Shown here piece by piece: positions 8,414 to 15,619 of a stretch of 31,328 nucleotides of DNA. Below the pieces are notes generated by a model that did no database searches, was not told the DNA's origin, and saw only the letters and a program-made list of their open reading frames with translations. This DNA is from a bacterium (GTDB taxonomy: Bacteria; CALINM01), in NCBI GenBank assembly GCA_041640455.1, contig JBEQAF010000016.1, positions 1-31,328 of the forward strand. Direction: 5' to 3'. The translations under genes were made by a program, and so were the position numbers. Numbering within the stretch: position 1 is the stretch's first letter; each line of letters opens with the position of its first letter.

Positions 8414-9396
8414 AAAAACCTTTTTATCAGATATTCAAACGTAAGCCCTGTAACCAGAAATACCAGCAAACAGAAATATGAGACCCTTATTGCCATTTTA
8501 ACAGTCTCAAAGTCAGCGATTTTCTTCCCTGTACCGATTACGGGTTTTTCATGAACCTTACCAAAATAGCTTACCTTACCGCCAAACTTTATTCCAAGCA
8601 CCCCTGCCATGGCAGATTCGGGATGACCGCTATTAGGACTGTCGGTTTTATTATTATCTCTCCGCCAGATCTTTATTGCTTCTTTTATATTTAGACCCAA
8701 TATAAAGGCAGAAATAAAGATCAGAAAGGCAGTTATCCTCGCAGGGATAAAGTTTAAAAGATCATCCACTCTGGCGGCTGTTTTTCCAAAATATTCGTAT
8801 CTTTCATTTTTGTAGCCAATCATAGAATCAAGGGTGGAAGCCATCTTATAAGCCATTGCAAGGGGGACTCCGCCGATAAATAGATAAAACATTGGGGCGA
8901 TAACTCCATCACAGAGGTTTTCAGACAGGGTTTCTATGGTTGTCTCGTAAATCTTTTCTTCATTCATCGCATCTGTATCTCTGGTAACCAGCATGGATAA
9001 AGCCTTTCTTGACTCTTCCAGCATCTTTAGCTGGCAGAGCTTTGCAGTTTTGAGACACTCAAAAAACAGAGAGCCTGGGGCAAGGATAGATATGGTAAAA
9101 AATGCATTATAAAAAAACCGAATATAAATATTGGTAATAAGCATCTCAAGATAATAGAAAAACACATATACAGAGCCTGTACAGATAATGGTGAGCAGAA
9201 AACCTTTAAAAAATCCTGCAAATTTGCTATCCCTCTCACCCTTAAGGAGCTCCTCACCACCCTGAATTATCTTCCCCATAATCCTTACAGGATGAGGGAG
9301 AAAAGAAGGGTATTGAAAAAAGAGCTCATAAAAAAGCCCAAGAAAGATATAGCTCGTTTTATAGCTTACAATGGTTTCTAAGGGTAGCCCGCTCAT
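8410..9396 (-). CDS. cbiB: Adenosylcobinamide-phosphate synthase
   Basis: 'PHPV', 'LVTRDT', 'ENLCDGVIAP', 'TLDSMIGYKNERY', 'SPNSGHPE' motifs. Confidence 0.95.
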   Translation of the reverse strand: MSGLPLETIVSYKTSYIFLGLFYELFFQYPSFLPHPVRIMGKIIQGGEELLKGERDSKFAGFFKGFLLTIICTGSVYVFFYYLEMLITNIYIRFFYNAFFTISILAPGSLFFECLKTAKLCQLKMLEESRKALSMLVTRDTDAMNEEKIYETTIETLSENLCDGVIAPMFYLFIGGVPLAMAYKMASTLDSMIGYKNERYEYFGKTAARVDDLLNFIPARITAFLIFISAFILGLNIKEAIKIWRRDNNKTDSPNSGHPESAMAGVLGIKFGGKVSYFGKVHEKPVIGTGKKIADFETVKMAIRVSYFCLLVFLVTGLTFEYLIKRFL

Positions 9397-10409
9397 ATAT
9401 TTCTAAAAAACTCTTCAAAGAGTTTAATCAACATAATATTTTCCCTTCTTTTTTTTACAGCAATGCGCAGATAGCTGCTATTAAGCCCTAAAAAGCCATC
9501 GGGCGTCCTGACAGCCAGCCCTCTGCTTTTTGAAAAGCTTGAAAATCCTCTGGCATTCTCAAATCTTAATAATAAAAAGTTTGCAACGCTTTCAAATATC
9601 TCAATGGGAAATTTTTTTAGCTTTTTGATCAAAAAGTCTCTCTCATGTTTAATATATCTCTTTGTTTTTTCAATAATTTCATTATCATCAATTAGACTTT
9701 TTGTTACCTCCAGCGCAAGGGCATTTACATTCCATAGAGGTAGAATTCTGTCCACCTGGCTAATTGTCTTTTCATCTCCTAAAAGGAAACCTATTCTTAA
9801 GCCTGCCAGAGAAAATATCTTGGTAAAGGATTTGAGAACAAAGAGATTGGGGAAATCTTTGAGGTAGCCAATTACAGACTCATCTCTTTCTGAAAAATCC
9901 ATAAATGCCTCATCAACCAGGATATAAGCTCTGGTTTCACATAGTTTAATAATCTCATCTTTTAAGAAAAGATTGCCTGTAGGGTTATTGGGGTTACAGA
10001 TAATTATTAAATCTTTCTCCGTAAGCTTTTTCTTAATCTCTACAAAATCCCAAAAAAAGCAACTTTGGGAAAATAATGGCAGGTGATTCAGATTGTTTAT
10101 CTCTGCCAGATAACGATATTCACAGAATGTGGGCTCAAGGGTAATTATTCTTTTTATATCAAGTATTCGTGGAAGACAATACATAAGCTCAATCGAGCCG
10201 TTGCCAGCTATAATCCTTTTTTCATCTGCCCCAAGATATTGGGACACCCTTCTGACAAGGCTCTGCGCCCTTGTCTCAGGATAGGGTATAACAGACTCAA
10301 TAAGTGGGGTAATAATCCTTTTTAACTCTCTGACTGTGATAAGGGGGTTTAGATTTACACTGAAATCCAGCTCTACCCCATTATGTCCGCCGTGTGCCCT
10401 ATCTGCCAT
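9393..10409 (-). CDS. cobD: L-threonine-O-3-phosphate decarboxylase (PLP, class I/II aminotransferase fold)
   Basis: N-terminal 'HGG..DFSVNLNP', 'CNPNNPTG', 'VDEAFMDF', PLP lysine in 'KSFTKIFSLAGLRIG'; adjacent to cbiB. Confidence 0.88.
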   Translation of the reverse strand: MADRAHGGHNGVELDFSVNLNPLITVRELKRIITPLIESVIPYPETRAQSLVRRVSQYLGADEKRIIAGNGSIELMYCLPRILDIKRIITLEPTFCEYRYLAEINNLNHLPLFSQSCFFWDFVEIKKKLTEKDLIIICNPNNPTGNLFLKDEIIKLCETRAYILVDEAFMDFSERDESVIGYLKDFPNLFVLKSFTKIFSLAGLRIGFLLGDEKTISQVDRILPLWNVNALALEVTKSLIDDNEIIEKTKRYIKHERDFLIKKLKKFPIEIFESVANFLLLRFENARGFSSFSKSRGLAVRTPDGFLGLNSSYLRIAVKKRRENIMLIKLFEEFFRNI

Positions 10410-10626
10410 TTTTAATTCTCTCTTTAAGCTTCAAAAGAAAGCTTCGTTCATTTTCAAGACTGAGTCTTCTGCCGTTTAGATCTTCTTCTTTTTCTGTATT
10501 TTCAAGTCTTTTATCAATATATTCAAGCAGATCCATGTCTTTCAGAACTTTAGGGACAATTATTTCCCCTTCCAGTTTTTCTACTTTCTCCTCCAGAACA
10601 TCAGCTATTTTTATAATTTTTCTCAT
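10399..10626 (-). CDS. Hypothetical 75-aa charged helical protein, first gene after the cobalamin riboswitch
   Basis: Start re-called at ATG 10626 because the longer ORF runs through the riboswitch expression platform. Its stop overlaps the cobD start region. Confidence 0.55.
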   Translation of the reverse strand: MRKIIKIADVLEEKVEKLEGEIIVPKVLKDMDLLEYIDKRLENTEKEEDLNGRRLSLENERSFLLKLKERIKNGR

Positions 10627-10668
10627 AAAATAAAAATCCCGACTCCTCCAAGATAAGAAGTCGGGATT
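10627..10668 (-). terminator. Intrinsic terminator of the riboswitch expression platform
   Basis: Minus strand AATCCCGACTTCTT-ATCTT-GGAGGAGTCGGGATT followed by TTTATTTT. Confidence 0.8.
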
Positions 10669-10684
10669 ATAAGCCCTGTTAGCC

Positions 10685-10858
10685 TTCTTCCTCCCTCGAG
10701 GAGAACGTGCCAAAGCTTTAAAGCAGGTCTTCTGGCTTGCGTATCATCCTACTTACCTGCCTTCCCATCATAATGACAGTGGCATTCAGGCTTTCGTCCA
10801 CGCTTACAGCTGCGGGGCAGCTCCTGATTTTCACAGGATTCCCTGAAGCTTTAAAGCA
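10685..10858 (-). ncRNA. Cobalamin (B12) riboswitch
   Basis: Minus strand carries the conserved elements in order: AGGGAA-TCCTG-TGAAAAT-CAGGA, GCTGCCCCGCAGCTGTAA, GCCACTG...GGGAAGG, B12 box AGCCAGAAGACCTGC, then a P13-like hairpin with CGAGGG loop complementary to L5. Lies upstream of cob/cbi genes. Confidence 0.95.
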
Positions 10859-10882
10859 TTCTCACAATTTTTTTATAAGTTG

Positions 10883-10911
10883 ATTGTATATAAAAAAACA
10901 CAGGTAGTCAA
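10883..10911 (-). promoter_or_regulatory. sigma70-type promoter of the riboswitch/cob operon
   Basis: Minus strand TTGACT (10911-10906), 17-nt spacer, TACAAT (10888-10883), ~25 nt upstream of the aptamer. Confidence 0.7.
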
Positions 10912-10960
10912 AAAAAATTTTTTAGTTTATGATAAATTAAAAGAAATTCAGGAGGATATA

Positions 10961-11665
10961 GTGAAATCTCTGGTAAAAATATTTTTTTTAATCTGTATCA
11001 TCTCTTCTCTTTCTTTTGCACAGAATCTAAGCGAGGACAGGATTAAGGCTATTAAGGATGATATCAGGGATAGCTTTGAGGTTGACGTATCAGACATAAA
11101 GTCCATGGATATACCTGATTTTTATGAGATAGATACGGACGACGCTATTATCTATTATCACCTGCCCACAAGAAGCATATTCATAGGAGCTCTTATCAGA
11201 GATAAAGTGAACCTCACAGAACGTTCCATGAACAAGAAATTTTCTCAGTTTGTTGAAGAGGCGGAAAGGCTTTCGGTGCTGGTCAGAAAGGGAAAAAACA
11301 AGGTTCTACTTATAACCGACCCTGACTGTCCCTTTTGTAAAAAGGTTGACAATTTTTTAAAAAACAGGGATGTGGAGCTCAGGGTCATTTTTTTTCCTTT
11401 GAGACAGATTCATCCTCTGGCTGAGAAAAAGGTTTCCTATGTATTGGACAGCGCTGACAAAGAGAAGGCATATAAAGAGGTTGTTGAAGGAAAAATTGAC
11501 GTTAACAAAATCGGGCAGGATGTGGTGGACAGGCATAAAGAGACTTTGAAAAAACATGAAGATGTGGTAAAAAAATTACAGGTCAGAGGCACGCCAGCTC
11601 TCTGGGTAAATGGACAGAGAATTGACGGAGCAGATTTAGAGGCAATAGAACAGAATCTTAAATAA
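10961..11665 (+). CDS. dsbC: DsbC-family periplasmic thiol:disulfide interchange protein
   Basis: Start re-called at GTG 10961 (GGAGG RBS) giving a signal peptide ending SFA; 'ITDPDCPFC' active site, 'FFPL..IHP' and cis-Pro 'GTP'. Confidence 0.85.
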   Translation: MKSLVKIFFLICIISSLSFAQNLSEDRIKAIKDDIRDSFEVDVSDIKSMDIPDFYEIDTDDAIIYYHLPTRSIFIGALIRDKVNLTERSMNKKFSQFVEEAERLSVLVRKGKNKVLLITDPDCPFCKKVDNFLKNRDVELRVIFFPLRQIHPLAEKKVSYVLDSADKEKAYKEVVEGKIDVNKIGQDVVDRHKETLKKHEDVVKKLQVRGTPALWVNGQRIDGADLEAIEQNLK

Positions 11666-11670
11666 TCAAA

Positions 11671-12963
11671 ATGAAGATCTATATACGCCAGTATATTTTT
11701 CTTCTTTTAATCTTTTTTTCTTTGGTTCTCCCTGTTCAGGCAGGAGAAAATATTATTCTGGCAAAGGTCTCAGCCACTATTAACCCTACCATCAAGGATT
11801 ATATCAAAGGCGCCATAAAAAGGGCTGAAAAGGAATCTGCTGAGGCTTTAATCATTGAACTTGATACACCTGGTGGTCTTGAAACCTCCATGAGATCGAT
11901 CGTAAAAGAGATATTATCAAGTGAGGTTCCGATCATAGTCTATGTAAGCCCTAAGGGTGCCCGTGCAGGCTCTGCAGGAGTATTTATAACCATTGCTGCC
12001 CATATAGCGGCAATGGCACCGGGAACCAATATGGGATCAGCCCATCCTGTATCAATCGGCGGTGGTGAAGCTAAAGACTCTGTCATGTCGCAGAAAGTTG
12101 CCGAAGATGCAAAGGCTTTTATCAGATCTATTGCAGAGTTAAGAGGAAGAAATATTCAGGTAGCTCAGGAGATGGTAGAGAAAAGCATATCTCTGACAGA
12201 GAAAGAGGCATTTGAAAAGCAGTTAATAGACCTTGTGCCCGATGACCTTAACTCGCTTTTAAAAGCCATTAATGGAAAAAAGGTTAAAACTACACTCGGT
12301 GAAAGGATATTAAATACCCAGAACAAAACTATAATAAACTTTGAGATGTCATTTAAACACAGGATACTGGATATAATAGCTAATCCAACAGTAGCATATC
12401 TGCTTATGATCCTTGCTATCTACGCAATCATATACGAGCTGGCAAGTCCAGGCGGATATGTGGCTGGCGTGGTTGGATTAATACTGCTTATACTGAGTCT
12501 TTACGCCCTTCAGATACTGGAGGTGAATTTCGCAGGAATTATTATGGTCATAATCGGAGTCACGCTGATAATTCTTGAAGCCTTTATCTTTTCTCACGGA
12601 CTTTTAGGGCTCGGCGGCATTATATCTCTTGTCATTGGCTTTATAATGCTCTTTGAACCTAAAGATATAAATATTGCCAGCATAATGCTCAAAATGCTGC
12701 CACTTTTGATATTAATAAGTCTGCTTTTTTTTCTTGCAGTACGAACTGCCAGAAAGGCTCTTAAAAGAAAAAGCCCACTGGGAATGGAGGCTCTTATAGG
12801 CGAAGAAGGTCTTGCAAGGTCTGAGATAACATCTAAAGGCGGCTGGGTACTTGTTCAGGGTGAGCTTTGGAGCGCTTTTTCCGATGAGCCCATATCCGCT
12901 GATGAGCCTGTAATCATTGAATCTTATAAGGGTTTGAAGCTAAAGGTCAGAAAAGGTAATTAA
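11671..12963 (+). CDS. nfeD: Long-form NfeD membrane-bound ClpP-class serine protease
   Basis: 'LDTPGG', 'GARAGSAG', 'AAMAPGTNMGSAHPV', central TM block and C-terminal OB fold 'VQGELWSA'. Confidence 0.9.
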   Translation: MKIYIRQYIFLLLIFFSLVLPVQAGENIILAKVSATINPTIKDYIKGAIKRAEKESAEALIIELDTPGGLETSMRSIVKEILSSEVPIIVYVSPKGARAGSAGVFITIAAHIAAMAPGTNMGSAHPVSIGGGEAKDSVMSQKVAEDAKAFIRSIAELRGRNIQVAQEMVEKSISLTEKEAFEKQLIDLVPDDLNSLLKAINGKKVKTTLGERILNTQNKTIINFEMSFKHRILDIIANPTVAYLLMILAIYAIIYELASPGGYVAGVVGLILLILSLYALQILEVNFAGIIMVIIGVTLIILEAFIFSHGLLGLGGIISLVIGFIMLFEPKDINIASIMLKMLPLLILISLLFFLAVRTARKALKRKSPLGMEALIGEEGLARSEITSKGGWVLVQGELWSAFSDEPISADEPVIIESYKGLKLKVRKGN

Positions 12964-12964
12964 A

Positions 12965-13816
12965 CTACTGGTATATAATATCCCTGATATTTCCTTCAAA
13001 AATATCTTTAAGTTTTAGATACTTACCTTTTATAGATTTTGCGAGATCTTTTGCGTAGGGATAGTGAATCCATGTGGGATCTGTATCAATTATGAAACTC
13101 TTAACTCTCTTTTCAGATATTTTTTTTGCAACAGCAACTGCCTCTTCAAATGGGTCATCGCCTGTAGCGGATCTATTTGCCCTTCCGTCAGAAAATATTA
13201 AAAGTACTATCTCATTATCCTTATGCCTTTTGATCTCCTTTTCAATCTCCAGATATGCCCTTTCGAGTGCTATTGATAGCGGGGTTTTACCCCCAGTTTT
13301 AATCTCCTTAAGCTTTTCCTTAGCCATCTCTATGCTTCTGGTAAAGGGGAGAATATATTGAGCAGTGGTACCTCTAAAGGTAATAAAACCTACTCTCTCT
13401 CTCATTATATAGGCATCCTTAAGAATCTCAAAAACCAGCCCCTTAGTTTTTGCCATCAGGTCTTCCACCCCCATAGAGCCTGAGGCGTCAACTACAAAAA
13501 GTATGGATGTCTGGTTTTTTTTTCCAAGAGCTTTAGCCATCAGCTCAGACTTTCTTATATCCTTTAATGATCGTTCTCTCAGCTTGTTAGAGAGATTAAT
13601 AACTGACCGTATAGGCGAGATAATAGAATATTCCTCGCTGTAAGGAACTGACCTGATAAACCTGCCACGTTTACCATTAATATTTTTAGTTTTTCTTTTG
13701 CCTGATTTATAAAACTTAGAGATTATATTCAGATTAATATTTTCATTTGGTTTGAAAAGCTCATGAGTTCTTCCACCGCTTATATCTTCCAGCGCTGAAG
13801 CTAAGATTCTGGGCTT
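12965..13816 (-). CDS. chlD: ChlD/BchD-like chelatase C-terminal part (linker + vWA domain); -1 frame continuation of the upstream AAA+ ORF
   Basis: MIDAS 'VVDASGSM', 'GGKTPL', 'SDGRAN'. The frame is stop-free upstream of the annotated ATG (13540) to 13843 and encodes the ChlD-like pre-vWA segment '[19 protein letters not shown]...IRKSELMAK'. Confidence 0.8.
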   Translation of the reverse strand, partial: KPRILASALEDISGGRTHELFKPNENINLNIISKFYKSGKRKTKNINGKRGRFIRSVPYSEEYSIISPIRSVINLSNKLRERSLKDIRKSELMAKALGKKNQTSILFVVDASGSMGVEDLMAKTKGLVFEILKDAYIMRERVGFITFRGTTAQYILPFTRSIEMAKEKLKEIKTGGKTPLSIALERAYLEIEKEIKRHKDNEIVLLIFSDGRANRSATGDDPFEEAVAVAKKISEKRVKSFIIDTDPTWIHYPYAKDLAKSIKGKYLKLKDIFEGNIRDIIYQ

Positions 13817-14922
13817 TTTTTTTCCCTGAACTCTAAGGGGGCTTTAATATCTTTTCTATCTTCGAACTCTTTAACAATTGTCACAATCTGCTCAAAAAGC
13901 TCACCTGTTTTTTTCTCCTCATCAAGCGGCCTCTTCTTTAGCCTGTGGGGCAACGTTAACCTTGCGGCAATCAGTATATCATCGATTGATACAGCCCTTC
14001 TGCCCTGAAAAGCAGAATAGGCTTTTGCAGTTCTCAACATAATGGTATCAGCTCTGTGACCGCTCACATTGGCTTCAATACAGATCTTTGCAATGGCATC
14101 AAAGAGCCACTCTTCATCTTTAATTTTCTTAAGCAGGGACTTTGCTTTAACAATTGATCGGGTGATCTTTCTGTCCATTAACTGCCATTTTTTTATAAAA
14201 CTTTCAGGCTCATTCTCAAAGGCTATCCTTCTTTTTATAATCTCTTTCCTGAGCTGTTCATCCTTAATGGTTTCAATACTTACCGATAGTCCAAACCGAT
14301 CAATAAGCTGAGGTCTCAATTCACCCTCTTCAGGGTTCATTGTCCCTACAAGGATAAATCTGCTTGGATGGGAAAAGGACACGCCTTCCCTTTCCACAAT
14401 ATTGACACCCATAGCGGCTACGTCAAGCAGTTCATCCACAATATGATCTTCCAGTAGATTGACCTCGTCAATATAAAGTATATTCCTGTTTGCCTCTGCT
14501 AATATGCCAGGTTCAAAATGCTTTTTACCCTCTTTGAAAATCTTCTCAATATTAATGGTTCCAAGCAGTCTATCTTCGGTAACCCCAAGCGGCACATTAA
14601 CCACTCTAACAGGCACATGACTGATATTAAAAGAAATCTCCTCCTCCGCCTTAATCCTGCAATCCTCGCAAAGGGCAGTCAGATCTTTCGGGTCACAGTG
14701 AAATGGACAATCAGAGACTGCTTCCATAGGTGGGAGAAGAACTGCCAGTGAACGGACAGCGGTAGATTTGGCAGTACCTTTTTCTCCCCTTATCAGTACT
14801 CCACCAATTTTGGGATCTATAACATTTAATAGAAGCGCAAGCTTCATAAGATCCTGACCCACAATGGCGGAAAATGGGAATAGCGGGGATGGATTTTTCT
14901 GACTTTCTTTTTTAGTGTCCAT
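13801..14922 (-). CDS. chlI: ChlI/BchI-like AAA+ chelatase ATPase (N-terminal part of a frameshifted chlD)
   Basis: 'FPFSAIVGQ', Walker A 'GEKGTAKST', 'TEDRLLG', 'LYIDEVNLL', '[19 protein letters not shown]', 'LPHRL'. Confidence 0.9.
   Translation of the reverse strand: MDTKKESQKNPSPLFPFSAIVGQDLMKLALLLNVIDPKIGGVLIRGEKGTAKSTAVRSLAVLLPPMEAVSDCPFHCDPKDLTALCEDCRIKAEEEISFNISHVPVRVVNVPLGVTEDRLLGTINIEKIFKEGKKHFEPGILAEANRNILYIDEVNLLEDHIVDELLDVAAMGVNIVEREGVSFSHPSRFILVGTMNPEEGELRPQLIDRFGLSVSIETIKDEQLRKEIIKRRIAFENEPESFIKKWQLMDRKITRSIVKAKSLLKKIKDEEWLFDAIAKICIEANVSGHRADTIMLRTAKAYSAFQGRRAVSIDDILIAARLTLPHRLKKRPLDEEKKTGELFEQIVTIVKEFEDRKDIKAPLEFREKKSPES
13815..13823 (-). other. A9 slippery run, candidate -1 recoding site
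   Basis: Zero frame reads GAA AAA AAA AGC CCA GAA TCT TAG (A_AAA_AAA heptamer); a -1 shift enters the open vWA frame. Confidence 0.65.
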
Positions 14923-14928
14923 AGTCCT

Positions 14929-14960
14929 AAAAATTAAAGAAGCCTGGACAAGCCAGACTT
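14929..14960 (-). terminator. Weak intrinsic terminator-like hairpin after tRNA-Leu
   Basis: Minus strand AAGTCTGG-CTTGT-CCAGGCTT followed by CTTTAATTTTT. Confidence 0.5.
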
Positions 14961-14971
14961 TTATGGAATAA

Positions 14972-15054
14972 TGCCGAAGGCGGGACTCGAACCCGCACGG
15001 TTCATCACCACTACCCCCTCAAGATAGCGTGTCTGCCAATTCCACCACTTCGGC
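14972..15054 (-). tRNA. tRNA-Leu (anticodon GAG); CCA not encoded
   Basis: GCCGAAG acceptor stem pairing with CTTCGGC-A, D arm TGGTGGAATTGGCAGACAC, anticodon arm CTATC-TTGAGGG-GGTAG, long variable arm, T arm GCGGG-TTCGAGT-CCCGC. Confidence 0.95.
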
Positions 15055-15061
15055 TTTATAA

Positions 15062-15436
15062 TTAAAACTCTGCTTTAAGAAGCGGAAGCTTATAGACTAT
15101 CTCTTTTCCTTTAAGCTCAACCTCCGGCTTGGGCATAGAAACATAGGCTTTGCCATCCTTTACCTCAACAAAGCTTTTTGTCTCATAAACACCATAGGCA
15201 AGACCAAGTACAGCTCCGATTATAACTCCAGCTCCTACCTTATTGCCAAACTCATCGTTATCAACCGCATAAGCGGCAACACCGATAAGGGCACCAACAG
15301 CCGCACCGTATAATGCGTCGGTAAACACCACCTCACCCTGAGTCTGCCTTCCATAACTTCTTGCGCTGGCAACACCGGAAAAAAGGCTTGTAAAAAGAGA
15401 AGCCACAACCAAAATAATAGCAATTTTCTTAACCAT
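15062..15436 (-). CDS. Hypothetical exported/membrane protein with Gly-zipper-like helices
   Basis: Signal peptide ending ASA; GxxxG repeats (GAAVGALIG, GAGVIIGAVLG); ends in Phe. Confidence 0.7.
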   Translation of the reverse strand: MVKKIAIILVVASLFTSLFSGVASARSYGRQTQGEVVFTDALYGAAVGALIGVAAYAVDNDEFGNKVGAGVIIGAVLGLAYGVYETKSFVEVKDGKAYVSMPKPEVELKGKEIVYKLPLLKAEF

Positions 15437-15581
15437 AGTATAAATAATCTATTAGATTAATCTCCCGTTTGTCAAGGATATTTTTAATCTTGCTACTGAA
15501 CAGCTTTTTACCAATTATAAAGTAAATTAAATTGGGGATGTTTTTTTGAACTTAGATTTATTTTATTTTTTCCCTGATTAC

Positions 15582-15610
15582 TTGACTTTTTATAACTAAG
15601 TTATTAACTT
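15582..15610 (+). promoter_or_regulatory. Candidate sigma70 promoter of hrcA-grpE-dnaK-dnaJ
   Basis: TTGACT (15582-15587), 17-nt spacer, TAACTT (15605-15610); ends 9 nt before the hrcA ATG. Confidence 0.45.
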
Positions 15611-15619
15611 ATTTTTACC

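Noticed and set aside
614..10633. Plus-strand ORFs of 69-229 aa across the cob operon (e.g. 3341-4030)
   Set aside because: Antisense shadows of well-supported genes with no recognisable motifs.
10627..10713. N-terminal extension of the 104-aa ORF
   Set aside because: It runs through the riboswitch P13 and terminator; ATG 10626 is the more plausible start.
10880..10960. Longer DsbC start at TTG 10880
   Set aside because: Overlaps the divergent promoter; GTG 10961 has an RBS and gives a proper signal peptide.
13538..13540. Independent start of a stand-alone 191-aa vWA protein
   Set aside because: No convincing SD, and the ChlD-like open frame continues ~100 codons upstream.
13745..13812. 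Stimulatory hairpin or pseudoknot 3' of the A9 site (CAGCGCTG palindrome, GAAGAACTC/GAGCTTTTC)
   Set aside because: By eye the stems are short or have loops too small to form; needs folding and covariation analysis before any claim.
14972..15054. tRNA-Leu as the attachment site of an integrated element
   Set aside because: No integrase and no duplicate of the tRNA 3' end seen in the window.
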